DNA of 51,304 nt from Ferroacidibacillus organovorans (lineage in GTDB: Bacteria; Bacillota; Bacilli; Alicyclobacillales; SLC66), in the NCBI RefSeq assembly GCF_001642725.1, contig NZ_LSUQ01000017.1, forward strand, positions 1-51,304. Reading direction: 5' to 3'. The translations under genes were made by a program, and so were the position numbers. Below, piece by piece: positions 9,744 through 19,852 of the stretch. Within the stretch, counting starts at the first letter, position 1; each line of letters opens with the position of its first letter. The notes beneath the pieces are model-generated. The model saw nothing but the letters and a program-made list of their open reading frames with translations, was not told the origin of the DNA and did no database searches.

Positions 9744-9882
9744 CGCGTTCCTGCGCTCTGTCTGCCTACGGGTGGCTGAGTATACGCGTTGAACGGACCT
9801 GGAGTGATCGGCCAGCGAGAATGGACAAGTTCCATCATCGCTGGCCGTCTTCCTTTGCTATACTTGTATTGGGGTGAATAAA

Positions 9883-10563
9883 ATGAGCAAAGAGCGAGTA
9901 CTGCTCATCGAAGACGATGAAGAGATTGCCGGATTTGTCGAGTTAGAGCTGACGCATGAGGGATATCAGGTTACGGTGGCCAATGATGGTCGCGATGGGT
10001 TGCGCAAGGCGCTTGACGCGACGTGGGATCTACTGCTTTTGGATGTCATGCTCCCTGGAATGTCGGGTCTTGAAGTATGTCGCAGAATTCGTCTGGAGAG
10101 CACCGTACCGATCATCATGTTGACGGCCAAAGGCGGTATCTCTGACCGTGTGGCGGGGATCGACTATGGCGCGGACGACTATCTCATCAAACCGTTTGCG
10201 ATTGAAGAGCTGATGGCTAGAATGCGAGGGTTATTGAGGCGGGCGCACTACGCGCAGGATTCGCTTACCGTACTCTCCATTGGCGATTTGACGCTTCATC
10301 AGGAGACGCGGGATGTGAAGCGGGGCGACGTCGAAATCCGTCTGACGCCGCGCGAGTTTGACTTGCTGCGTCACCTGATTGAGAACAAAGGGCATGTGCT
10401 ATCGCGGGAAAATTTGCTGCATGCCGTGTGGGGCTATGATTTTTCCGGAGAAACGAATGTGGTTGACGTCTATGTTCGCTATTTGCGCGCAAAGGTCGAT
10501 GAAGGATTCTCCACGCCCCTGATTCACACGGTGCGCGGCGTCGGATATGTGATGAAAGAATGA
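9883..10563 (+). CDS. OmpR/PhoB-family response regulator
   Basis: LLIEDD, LLDVMLPG, GADDYLIKPF and HTVRGVGY motifs; alternative start 9874. Confidence 0.96.
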   Translation: MSKERVLLIEDDEEIAGFVELELTHEGYQVTVANDGRDGLRKALDATWDLLLLDVMLPGMSGLEVCRRIRLESTVPIIMLTAKGGISDRVAGIDYGADDYLIKPFAIEELMARMRGLLRRAHYAQDSLTVLSIGDLTLHQETRDVKRGDVEIRLTPREFDLLRHLIENKGHVLSRENLLHAVWGYDFSGETNVVDVYVRYLRAKVDEGFSTPLIHTVRGVGYVMKE

Positions 10564-11945
10564 GAACGCGCTTATCCATCAAATGGCGCGTCTCTCTGAT
10601 CTCAATCGGAACGATCGCGGGTATCACCGTTCTCTTTACACTGTTTATCTATTTTTCACTCTCTAAATGGATGATGGAACAACAGGATCACGCGGCACTG
10701 ACAAGCACTCAACATATCGCGCTCGCCTATCCTGGAAACATTGAGCAAGGCAGTAATAATTCCAATGATAAATCGCAATCTTGGCTTTCGCAGTTTGCCT
10801 CCAAAAACCAGACGTTCTATATCATCGGATTAAACGGGAAAACGGTCGCAACGCTCGGAAATGCATTCGGCGTGCTTCCGCACTCAATCGGGCTGACACA
10901 CGCACAAAAAGGAACACTCACGCATGTCGTCGAGCGCGGACATTCGTTTGTGCGAATCATCTTGCCCAGTCGCTCAGAGTCAGGCGATACTGTCGCCTGG
11001 GTGATTTCGTATGCGTCGACCGATGTTGTGCAGGCGTACATTACGGCACTGGTGCGTGTGTTAATCTTCGGATCGCTTCTTGCGCTGATTTTGGCTGGAC
11101 TGAGTGGTTATGTGATGAGTTTCGTTGCGCTGCGCCCAATTACCGACATCATCCGGCGGATGCATCATATGGATGCGTTTTCGATCAAAGGACGATTGCC
11201 CCACGATTCTGGTCGCGATGAGATTGCGGAATTAGCAAAGACGTTTAACGAAATGCTCGATCGAATTCGCAAGACGATCGAGAAGCAGAATGAGTTTATC
11301 GCAGACGCCTCCCATGAGTTTCGATCGCCGCTCACCGTCATTGAAGGGTATACGAATCTGCTCGATCGCTGGGGAAAGGATGATCCAGCCGTGACGGAAC
11401 GCTCCATTGGCGCGATCAAAAAAGAGGCTGCACGTTTGCGAAGATTGACGAATGGACTTCTGCAACTCGCATCACTTGCCAATGTGCAACTCGAAAGTAC
11501 ACCGTGTGACGCCAAACGTGTCGTGGAAGAGGTCGTCCTTCAATTTAGCGAGGTTTTTCAGCGAAACATTGCATTTGAATGTTCCGATGTATCGGTGATG
11601 ACAGAAATGCAATCCGAGCATCTCCATCAAGTGACTGCGATTCTTTTACAAAATGCGGTCAAGCACACCACAGAAGGCCAGGGAATTTCAGTGCGGGCGG
11701 TACGTCAGAAGAGCGGACTTCTTTTGGCTGTCGAGGATAAGGGCGAGGGGATTGACCCGGAGCATCTTCCCCACGTTTTTGATCGATTTTACCGCTCAGA
11801 CCGAGCGCGCAGTCGATCAACCGAAGGATTTGGGCTGGGACTTGCGATAGCCAAAGAGATCGTCGGTCTTTATCAAGGAACGATTCAAGTCGTGAGCGAA
11901 AGAGGGAAGGGAACGGTTTTTTCGGTAACAATTCCGGCTCGATAG
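10560..11945 (+). CDS. HAMP-domain sensor histidine kinase
   Basis: Two TM segments, HAMP, H-box DASHEFRSPL, N-box NAVKH, G-boxes DKGEG and GFGLGLAI; 4-bp overlap with the regulator. Confidence 0.96.
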   Translation: MRTRLSIKWRVSLISIGTIAGITVLFTLFIYFSLSKWMMEQQDHAALTSTQHIALAYPGNIEQGSNNSNDKSQSWLSQFASKNQTFYIIGLNGKTVATLGNAFGVLPHSIGLTHAQKGTLTHVVERGHSFVRIILPSRSESGDTVAWVISYASTDVVQAYITALVRVLIFGSLLALILAGLSGYVMSFVALRPITDIIRRMHHMDAFSIKGRLPHDSGRDEIAELAKTFNEMLDRIRKTIEKQNEFIADASHEFRSPLTVIEGYTNLLDRWGKDDPAVTERSIGAIKKEAARLRRLTNGLLQLASLANVQLESTPCDAKRVVEEVVLQFSEVFQRNIAFECSDVSVMTEMQSEHLHQVTAILLQNAVKHTTEGQGISVRAVRQKSGLLLAVEDKGEGIDPEHLPHVFDRFYRSDRARSRSTEGFGLGLAIAKEIVGLYQGTIQVVSERGKGTVFSVTIPAR

Positions 11946-11970
11946 GGCAGATTGCGACCGCCAAGAAATA

Positions 11971-12010
11971 TTCTCATCAAATTCTAATCTGTTTCTATCT
12001 ATATTCTAAT
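11971..12010 (+). promoter_or_regulatory. four direct repeats at 11-bp period, candidate OmpR-family operator
   Basis: TTCTCAT at 11971, TTCTAAT at 11982, TTCTATC at 11993, TTCTAAT at 12004. Confidence 0.65.
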
Positions 12011-12121
12011 ATTTTCGTCCCGCCGTTTTAATCATGAGCCAGTACACTGATGCTGCACAGGGTACGCCGTGTGCTTGATGACGTGGCTAGGCAAATGGGA
12101 TTACGCAAGGGGCAATGTTGG

Positions 12122-14137
12122 ATGTGCGGAATTGCTGCAATCGTACCAAAGATACACCCATTTCCACAGCAGGAAGAGATTTTGGTGGAAATGCTTGATA
12201 GCATGGTTCATCGCGGGCCGGATGGTCACGGGGTGATGCGAAAAGGACACCTCGCGTTGGGTATGGTTCGACTTGCGATCGTTGATCTTGAGCATGGCAT
12301 GCAACCGCTTTTTAATGAAGATCAGACACTTACCTTGGTTTGTAATGGAGAAATCTACAATGCGGATGACCTGCGGACATCCTTGATCAAATCCGGGCAT
12401 ACGTTTCAAACGTTTTCAGACACTGAAGTGATTTTACATTTATACGAAGAAAAAGGGAAAGAATGCCTTGCCGATCTTGAAGGCATTTTTGCATTTGCAC
12501 TATGGGATGAAAAAGAGCAAGAACTTTTTATTGCGCGGGATCGACTCGGCGTAAAACCACTCTACTATATGGATCAGGGGGCGTATTGGGCGATCGCGTC
12601 AGAAATGCGCGCGCTCCTTCCTTTGATCGATGAGGCGGTTCACCTTGATCGCGATGCGGTGACTGCGTATCATGCGTACCGCTTTACACCGCGCGAGCAG
12701 ACGATGGTCAAAGGGATTTATCGGCTACTCCCAGGTCACTATGCAGTCGCCTCGAAAGCGGGGATGGTGCACCATGCGTATTGGACCCCTGTGTTTGCGA
12801 CGCCAATCGTGAAGCGCAACCATGCGGATCAGGCCGTACACCTGCGCTCTCTGCTTTTTCACGCTGTAAAGAGTCAACATGCGGAGGAAGTCAAATCTGC
12901 CGTGCTTTTAAGCGGAGGGTTAGATTCGACAGCGATCCTCGCGATGCGACGCGAATTTCTGGGAAACCGCGAGGATTGTGCCATTACGGTTGCGTTTGAG
13001 CGACCGAAACGACACGCGGAGCGTGAAGAGTACACGGAAATGAGCGAGGCAGAACGTGTCGCGCTCCGTTTCGGTGCGCAACATCTCTCGCAAATCGTCA
13101 GTGCGGAAGAAGCGCTAGAAGCGTTTCCTCGTATTATCCAAGATCTTGATGAACCGATCGCTGATCCGACAGCCATTCCACTCTGGTTTGCGGCAAAGCT
13201 TGCGAACCGTCACGAAACGAAGGTTTTATACAGCGGTGAAGGCATGGATGAGTTGTTTGCGGGATATTCCATCTATGGTCACGAGAAGGTGTTGCGCCGT
13301 ATGCGCATGATCCCATCGCCCTTGCGGCGGGCGCTGCGAAACATACTTTTGCGGGCAGACTTGCCGGGTGCAGGTGTCCTGGAGCGGTCGCTAAGTGATG
13401 TGGAGACGTGGTATCAAGGCGTTGGCGGTGTGTTTACGCGCGCAGAGCGCATCGCGCTTCTGGGTGGAGACGAGAGCCGACGAGGTAAGTGTCCTTCTGC
13501 ATTTTACGGAGAATCGCTTGATAAAGCGAAACATAGTGCAAGTAGCGACCTGCAGCGCATGATGCTTCTTGATCTTGTGACGTGGCTGCCCGACAATACG
13601 CTTGCCAAATCGGATAAGATCACCATGGCACACTCTGTGGAGATGCGCGTGCCCTTTTTGAATCAAGAAGTGGTGGAGTATGCCCTCGCGTGTCCGGATC
13701 ACCTGAAGTGGAAACGGGAAGGGAAAGAGATTGTGCGCAGAGCGCTCGAAGGTGTTATACCGGAGGAGGTTCTTAGGCGCAAAAAGGTCGGATTTAACGT
13801 ACCCGTATCGGCGTGGATCTTTGGCGAGTGGAATTCCTATGCAAAAGCGATGCTTTTATCGGATGACGCCGTGACCCGAACGCTATACGAACATCGCGCG
13901 GCGCACCTTTTTGATGCAAAACCCAGTCAACAAGAGCGCGCTGGAAGGCTATTGTTTGCTATGCTGACCTTGGAGCTTTGGCTTAGGTACATGCCGATGC
14001 GAGCGGAAAAAAGGGGATTGTTTCATGAACGGGAAGTCGCGCATTATCCCACTGAAAGAAGGATTCCACGTGTGGACGCGGCAAGTGGGGGAAAGTCCGA
14101 TCAAGCTGTTGCTGCTTCACGGCGGGCCTGGGTTTAA
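12122..14137 (+). CDS. asnB: asparagine synthase (glutamine-hydrolysing) family amidotransferase
   Basis: Starts MCGI (Ntn Cys); HRGPD, NGEIYN, LSGGLDS, SGEGMDELFAGY and EMRVPF motifs. Confidence 0.9.
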   Translation: MCGIAAIVPKIHPFPQQEEILVEMLDSMVHRGPDGHGVMRKGHLALGMVRLAIVDLEHGMQPLFNEDQTLTLVCNGEIYNADDLRTSLIKSGHTFQTFSDTEVILHLYEEKGKECLADLEGIFAFALWDEKEQELFIARDRLGVKPLYYMDQGAYWAIASEMRALLPLIDEAVHLDRDAVTAYHAYRFTPREQTMVKGIYRLLPGHYAVASKAGMVHHAYWTPVFATPIVKRNHADQAVHLRSLLFHAVKSQHAEEVKSAVLLSGGLDSTAILAMRREFLGNREDCAITVAFERPKRHAEREEYTEMSEAERVALRFGAQHLSQIVSAEEALEAFPRIIQDLDEPIADPTAIPLWFAAKLANRHETKVLYSGEGMDELFAGYSIYGHEKVLRRMRMIPSPLRRALRNILLRADLPGAGVLERSLSDVETWYQGVGGVFTRAERIALLGGDESRRGKCPSAFYGESLDKAKHSASSDLQRMMLLDLVTWLPDNTLAKSDKITMAHSVEMRVPFLNQEVVEYALACPDHLKWKREGKEIVRRALEGVIPEEVLRRKKVGFNVPVSAWIFGEWNSYAKAMLLSDDAVTRTLYEHRAAHLFDAKPSQQERAGRLLFAMLTLELWLRYMPMRAEKRGLFHEREVAHYPTERRIPRVDAASGGKSDQAVAASRRAWV

Positions 14138-14921
14138 CCACGAATACTTAGAGTGTTTTGCGGACTTTTTACCGCCGGAAGGCGTAGAACTGTACTTCTA
14201 TGATCAATTGGGTTCCTATTTCTCAGATCAACCGGATGATTCCTCACTGTGGATTGACACGCGATTTCGAGAAGAGGTCGAACAGGTTCGCTCTTTTCTC
14301 GGCTTAGAATCATTTTATCTCTGCGGCCAATCGTGGGGTGGGTATCTCGCGATTGAGTATGCGCTCAAATACCCATCGCATCTCAAAGGCCTTGTCATCT
14401 CGAACATGACGGCGAGCATTCCCGCCTATGTCGCGTCGATTCAAGCGCTGCGCAATCAATTGCCGGAACCCATCGTTTCCCGCATGCTTGAATTTGAAGA
14501 ACGCGGCGATTTTGAAGCAGAAGCGTATCAAGAGCTTGTCATGGAACATCTCTACAAGAAGCACATTTGTCGTCTGGATCCGTGGCCGGAAGCGGTGCGG
14601 CGCGGGTTTGCCCATGCGAATATGCAGGTCTACAACACAATGCAGGGACCAAACGAGTTTCTCGTCACCGGAAACTTCAAGGATTGGGACCGTTTTGCAG
14701 ACCTAAAGGACATCCATACACCGACGCTTCTTCTCTCTGGTCGTCATGACACGATGGCGCCGTCTGACATTGAAGAGATGGGACGGCGCATCCCCGCGTC
14801 GCGCGTCGCCATTTGCGAAGCGGGGAGTCACCTCTCGATGTGGGATGATCAGGAAACGTACTTTGCGCATTTGCTCCAGTTCATCCGCGACGTTGAGGCG
14901 GATCGATTCAACCGCGATTGA
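14025..14921 (+). CDS. proline iminopeptidase / L-amino acid amidase family alpha/beta hydrolase
   Basis: LLHGGPG, YDQLGS, GQSWGG nucleophile motif, GRHD and GSH. Confidence 0.92.
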   Translation: MNGKSRIIPLKEGFHVWTRQVGESPIKLLLLHGGPGFNHEYLECFADFLPPEGVELYFYDQLGSYFSDQPDDSSLWIDTRFREEVEQVRSFLGLESFYLCGQSWGGYLAIEYALKYPSHLKGLVISNMTASIPAYVASIQALRNQLPEPIVSRMLEFEERGDFEAEAYQELVMEHLYKKHICRLDPWPEAVRRGFAHANMQVYNTMQGPNEFLVTGNFKDWDRFADLKDIHTPTLLLSGRHDTMAPSDIEEMGRRIPASRVAICEAGSHLSMWDDQETYFAHLLQFIRDVEADRFNRD

Positions 14922-16821
14922 CCCACGCTTGGCCGCCGTTTGTCGTGACAAAAAGCCCGTCGTAGGTGCTAAACGCGTAACCAAAGCGCGGTGTGAGGAA
15001 TTGCATCGCGCTCCACGTGATCCACTGATTGTGCGGGAACATGTACCGCTTCCACGTCTTTCCTCCATCGCTTGTCGACTGGTATCCTGTTTGCGCACTC
15101 AACATAAACGAACCGCTGTCAGGCGTCGGTCCGAGCGCGAGAAAATTCGCGTTTTGCGCGCGCGCGGCGACGGGAATCGCCGTTTTCGCGAGTCCTGCGG
15201 CGTCTGCCATGAGCGAAATCGGGTCGGTGGATGCTGCCAGGAGCCATGTCAGGCCGCCGTTTCGCGTCAACCACGCGTGATGGCCAAGCGCCCCCACAAT
15301 GTATCCGAATCTTCCCTGCATATCGATGCTCGATGCGCGACCGGATCCTCCTTTTAACGCAAAGGGGACGAATACCTTTCCGCCGTCTTGCGTCTTGTAG
15401 AGGTGCTGGTCTGAACCAATGATGTAACCGACGTTTGGCGATGGAAAGGCGACAATCTGAGCAGAGGATGGACCGCTATAGGGAAGTGGATTGTGCACGG
15501 GAAGCCGTCCGATAATGCTCCACGTCGCACCGCTATCGCGTGTCATCAGGACGTCGTTTGCAGCACCAGGGATTCCCACACCGTAGCCGAGTTTTGGTGT
15601 GACCATCTGCGCGCTAAGCACGGGGGATGGTTTTGGCGAGGGGTAGATGGCTTGCCAATGCAATCCGCCGTCGCGCGTACGCAGTACGGTTCCGCTTTGT
15701 TCCCCCTGAAGGAGGAGATATCCGATCTGTTGACTCGGGAACGCAGAGACGTTGCCGAAGCCCATGCCATTCGCTGCGGGAATGGGGGTTGACTTTGACC
15801 ACGTTTTTCCGCCATTCATCGTCTCGGTGACAGAGGTTGTCCCATAGCCGCACGCCGCACAACCTCCCACGAAGTACGCGCGGGTGGCGCTGATCGGAAA
15901 GATCTGTCCGCCGTGGCTCCCAGGCCCTTGCGGGATAGGTGTGGCACGGTGTGTCACCGGAATGCCGGGCGCGGGTCCGGCTCCGGCCGTTGACAATGCG
16001 AGAACGGGCTTGAATTGCTGGCCTACGAGGCGAAACACGGTGTAGGAGGACTGTGACATGCCGGCGCCGCCGTCTACCATGACCCACGCGCCGTTTTTAA
16101 CCAATTTTATCTGTGCGCCTTGGATCATCCCGGGGCCGGAGATGCGGTTGACGAGTTGAAACGAGCGTCCGCCGTTGTGTGTGACATAGAATGCACCTTC
16201 GCCGTACCCTGCCTGGTTGGATGATGTGATCTTAGGTTGTGTGAAGATGTATCCAAAACCATTTGCATCAATCGAAACAGCGAGCGCGGGTTCCGGCGTC
16301 TTGAGGGGGATCCACGTCTTCCCGCCATTGCTCGTGCGAAAGAGTGTTCCGCCTAGGTCTGGCTGCTGACGCGAGGGGGAGATCGCGTATCCGAGTGAGA
16401 GCGTGTCAAAGGTTACGCTGTTTGCGAGATTAAAAGGGAGAGGACGTGTCGTAAAAGAGTTGCCGCCGTTCGTTGAGATGGCGAGTTGTGCGCCAGATTG
16501 AGACTGTGAAACAGCGATGAGTGTATGCGAATTAAGCGGCGTGAGATCCGTCAAATTCAGCCCGTGCAACGGAATCACGCGGAAATGGTTGCCGCCATCC
16601 GTCGTGGCGTAAAGTTCACCCTGCGCGGCGAGCCAACCTGTCGACGGTGTTGCAAACGCGAGGTCTTGCAGTGGGTTAACCGCGGATTGGTGGATGGATA
16701 CAGGAATCACGTGCAGAATCGGGCGCATCGCAGCGAATGTGCAAGGCGTGAGCGCGGCTCCTGCGAGAAAAAACGATGCGATACCCGTTCGCGCGATCCA
16801 TTTGGGTGAGAAAGTTTTCAT
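14908..16821 (-). CDS. secreted BNR/Asp-box repeat beta-propeller protein
   Basis: Signal peptide and about ten T-x-D/N-G-G-x-T-W Asp-box motifs; AAGGAG RBS before ATG 16821. Confidence 0.85.
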   Translation of the reverse strand: MKTFSPKWIARTGIASFFLAGAALTPCTFAAMRPILHVIPVSIHQSAVNPLQDLAFATPSTGWLAAQGELYATTDGGNHFRVIPLHGLNLTDLTPLNSHTLIAVSQSQSGAQLAISTNGGNSFTTRPLPFNLANSVTFDTLSLGYAISPSRQQPDLGGTLFRTSNGGKTWIPLKTPEPALAVSIDANGFGYIFTQPKITSSNQAGYGEGAFYVTHNGGRSFQLVNRISGPGMIQGAQIKLVKNGAWVMVDGGAGMSQSSYTVFRLVGQQFKPVLALSTAGAGPAPGIPVTHRATPIPQGPGSHGGQIFPISATRAYFVGGCAACGYGTTSVTETMNGGKTWSKSTPIPAANGMGFGNVSAFPSQQIGYLLLQGEQSGTVLRTRDGGLHWQAIYPSPKPSPVLSAQMVTPKLGYGVGIPGAANDVLMTRDSGATWSIIGRLPVHNPLPYSGPSSAQIVAFPSPNVGYIIGSDQHLYKTQDGGKVFVPFALKGGSGRASSIDMQGRFGYIVGALGHHAWLTRNGGLTWLLAASTDPISLMADAAGLAKTAIPVAARAQNANFLALGPTPDSGSFMLSAQTGYQSTSDGGKTWKRYMFPHNQWITWSAMQFLTPRFGYAFSTYDGLFVTTNGGQAWVNRG

Positions 16822-16931
16822 AGCAAGGTACTCCTTCACAGTTCGTTACAAGACAGACGAAAAAAGGAGGGTTGGGGTTTCAAACTTCTTTGCGGTAAAC
16901 TATTCCATAGAAAAAGGATGGGGGAATTCAC

Positions 16932-17639
16932 GTGAGTATTCATCTTGCGGCAGCCAAAGAGGATATCGCAGATGTCGTTTTGCTACCTGGGGATCCACTG
17001 CGCGCCAAGTTTATCGCAGAAAACTTCCTTGAAAATGCGGTCTGTTACAACGAAGTGCGTGGGATGTACGGGTTTACAGGTACCTATCAAGGGAAGCGCG
17101 TTTCTGTGCAGGGGACGGGGATGGGAGTTCCGTCGATCTCCATCTATGTTCATGAATTGCTTGAATCGTATGGTGTGAAAACGCTCATTCGCGTTGGAAC
17201 GTGTGGAGCGCTTCGCAAGGATGTGAGATTGCGGGATGTCATTTTGGCGATGTCAGCATCAACCGATTCTGCCACAAATCGCATCCGCTTTCCAGAGGTG
17301 CAGTTTGCTCCGACGGCAGATTTTTCACTTATCATGAATGCGTATCTCGCGGCAAAGGAAGGCGTCATTGATGTGCGCGTCGGCCCTATTTTTACGACAG
17401 ATACGTTCTATAGTGAGGCGCAGAGCGTCGTTGATCACGTGGCAAGCTACGGCGCCCTCGCGGTGGAAATGGAGACATCTGCGCTCTATACGCTGGCAGC
17501 CAAGTTTGGCGCGCGTGCACTCTCTGTTTTGACGGTGAGCGATCACTTGGTCACAGGGGAGACGACGACGGCACAAGAGCGTCAGGAAACGTTTCGTGAC
17601 ATGATGCAAATTGCACTTGACGCGGCGATTCGTGAGTAG
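16932..17639 (+). CDS. deoD: purine-nucleoside phosphorylase
   Basis: [20 protein letters not shown] and VEME motifs. Confidence 0.97.
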   Translation: MSIHLAAAKEDIADVVLLPGDPLRAKFIAENFLENAVCYNEVRGMYGFTGTYQGKRVSVQGTGMGVPSISIYVHELLESYGVKTLIRVGTCGALRKDVRLRDVILAMSASTDSATNRIRFPEVQFAPTADFSLIMNAYLAAKEGVIDVRVGPIFTTDTFYSEAQSVVDHVASYGALAVEMETSALYTLAAKFGARALSVLTVSDHLVTGETTTAQERQETFRDMMQIALDAAIRE

Positions 17640-17743
17640 CTGATGTGTAGAATGATTGTACAGAGCGTCCACTACGGCGAATGAGTCAAGGTCAAAAACC
17701 TTGCATGCCACAATGGACGCTCTGAGTATGGTTGTAAGGCGAA

Positions 17744-18058
17744 TTACCAACCAAACGGGGCAACGGCTGGATAGATTCCAGTGATCCCCCCATAAGGCAT
17801 GAAAATTCCTCCGGGGACAGGCGATGGAAAGAAGGCAAGCGAGACGTCAGATTGATCAGCATGCACATTCAATAGCTGTGCGGACAGCTGTTCCTCATCC
17901 GTGCCGGAACTGTGCGCGGCGTCTACGCGTGTGACATGGGAGAGGATCATGCCCCGTTCAAGGACATGGGTGACGAGCCCGTGATGGACACCGTAGACGG
18001 AGTGGCACTGAATCCACTTTTGGTGATGCATGCGGACGGTTTCCGCTGTGTAGACCAT
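17744..18058 (-). CDS. hypothetical protein, possibly spore-associated
   Basis: GGAGG RBS before ATG 18058; CATAnnnTA -10-like element upstream; Pro/Gly/aromatic C-terminus. Confidence 0.55.
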   Translation of the reverse strand: MVYTAETVRMHHQKWIQCHSVYGVHHGLVTHVLERGMILSHVTRVDAAHSSGTDEEQLSAQLLNVHADQSDVSLAFFPSPVPGGIFMPYGGITGIYPAVAPFGW

Positions 18059-18325
18059 GAACAATTCCTCCATATCGCGTCATTTACCCTGTTACGATAT
18101 GGTGAGAGGGGCGTTTGTTCCTGTGTGTTTGCCCTGATCAAGAGAATCGTTTGCCCTTTTTTTGCAGACCTTACCGTTATGGCCGCAGTTTCTAGAAAGC
18201 GAACACGAGGGAATTTTACGCAGTCAAAATCGATTCATGATTCATCACGAATTGTACATTTCCTTTCCAAAAAAGGCGTCGTTTATCATAAAGCCTTTTG
18301 CTACAATGCGGATGACATAAAGCGT

Positions 18326-19726
18326 ATGCGGCCGGGTAAAGGGGATTTTGTTCTGAACAAAGTAGCATTCAGTACCGTTGTGAGCGTTCTCGGCAGCCTA
18401 TCGATGGCAGGTTTTCTCTATTTTACTCGAACTCACGCGATGGGCGCGCCTGTCGTCATGATCAATCACGTTGTGGTGAATCCGAACGTCCCTGTACAAC
18501 GCGCGACACTGCGGAAATTTCCATTTCCGTTTCAAGCGATGCTCGCGATTGCATCTGATGCGGATCACGTGACACTGCGCAAGTTTAATGTTGTTCACGA
18601 ATTCTTGAACACGAAGGAGGACACGATGCTCGGGCTTGGTCTTGGTCTTGATGTGAGCGACAGTTTTTTTGCGTACAACGGCTCGGACAGCCCCGACATC
18701 GTCGATATCAACCACACGCCATTGCGCGATGAGATGACCTTTTTCCGCGGTGTATCACGCCAGCTTTACATGGGCAAGATCCTGCTTCGCTATATGCGCG
18801 CAGGATGGATCGACTCATTTCACTCCATGGGCGATTATTCGCGCGTCGATTCAACGCAGACGCTATTTAAACGAAGTCAGGCGGAATACGCGATCGCCTA
18901 TCTCTTGAAGCAGGGGATCCATCTCACCGTTACGATTGATCACGGTAATCAGAGCAACGTAGCCAATTTTGGCGCGTACGGATACAAGGACAATCCATTT
19001 TTCGACTACCAACAAGGAGCAAACCCGTATTCACCTTATTACGTGGCAGATTTGTTGCGGGAAATCGGCGTTCGCTTTGTGTGGCCTGACATCTACAATG
19101 GAAATTTCAGCATGAAGAGCATGCTATTCCCGATTCATCTTCAAGACGGTCACACGATGTGGGGATTTTGGCGCTACACAGGTCGACTCGTTCAAGGCGT
19201 GATTCGCGGTAAACTTTATAATTTGCGGTGGGAGAATGAGTGGAATCCGCATGACCTCTACAGGCAATTGTCGTTGCGTCATCTGAGTGAGTTGATTCGC
19301 ACGCACGGCTATGCGATTGTCGCACAGCACTTGGAAGGCAATGCGGATGCCTTTGTCTTGCCGACAAGTGCGATTGAGGCGCTAACGCGACTCGCACACT
19401 TTCAGGATCGCGGTAGCATCTTGGTGGCGCGCACCAGTCGATTGCTTATGTACAACCTCGTGACACAATACTTGCAGTTTCACACGACGTACGCAAAAGG
19501 CGTCACGACGATTGACATCACTCGTATAAACGATCCTGTGGATGGAGCTTGGATTCCCACGCTTGATCAATTACACGGTGTAACCTTCGACGTGCGTGAT
19601 CCCAATCAGGTCGTTTTGCGCGTAAACGGCAAACTTGTGCCTGAAAGTTGGATCAAACGCTCGCCACACACGATCGGTGTGGTGTGGTTTGCGCCTGATT
19701 ACACCAATTATGCGATTGGGAGTTAA
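18326..19726 (+). CDS. membrane-anchored/exported hypothetical protein, possible polysaccharide-deacetylase-like fold
   Basis: N-terminal TM segment and spaced SDAD/FHS/DHG/QH residues. Start uncertain: ATG 18326, or CTG 18353 after an AAGGGG RBS. Confidence 0.7.
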   Translation: MRPGKGDFVLNKVAFSTVVSVLGSLSMAGFLYFTRTHAMGAPVVMINHVVVNPNVPVQRATLRKFPFPFQAMLAIASDADHVTLRKFNVVHEFLNTKEDTMLGLGLGLDVSDSFFAYNGSDSPDIVDINHTPLRDEMTFFRGVSRQLYMGKILLRYMRAGWIDSFHSMGDYSRVDSTQTLFKRSQAEYAIAYLLKQGIHLTVTIDHGNQSNVANFGAYGYKDNPFFDYQQGANPYSPYYVADLLREIGVRFVWPDIYNGNFSMKSMLFPIHLQDGHTMWGFWRYTGRLVQGVIRGKLYNLRWENEWNPHDLYRQLSLRHLSELIRTHGYAIVAQHLEGNADAFVLPTSAIEALTRLAHFQDRGSILVARTSRLLMYNLVTQYLQFHTTYAKGVTTIDITRINDPVDGAWIPTLDQLHGVTFDVRDPNQVVLRVNGKLVPESWIKRSPHTIGVVWFAPDYTNYAIGS

Positions 19727-19852
19727 GGATTAAAAAAGAAATTTTCATGGGAGTTTGCGGAAGATCGCACATAGTCGTTGACAGGCTGTTCCCCACCCAT
19801 CATAATGTTAGAAATCGCTGGTTGAGACGGGTAAGTTTCAGGGGGTGTGGGC

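Noticed and set aside
9375..14921. Lasso-peptide/RiPP cluster (small ORF + asparagine-synthetase homologue + peptidase)
   Set aside because: The AsnB keeps a full Ntn glutaminase domain (MCGI), there is no B1/B2 protein, and the small ORF has a Sec signal rather than a lasso leader.
14908..16821. Recurrent motifs in the BNR protein as a DNA repeat array or CRISPR
   Set aside because: These are degenerate protein-level Asp-box repeats. No fixed repeat-spacer array or cas gene was seen in the window.
17912..18325. N-terminal extension of the 604-aa ORF
   Set aside because: It overlaps an opposite-strand gene with a good RBS and a promoter-like region; the real start is near 18326-18353.
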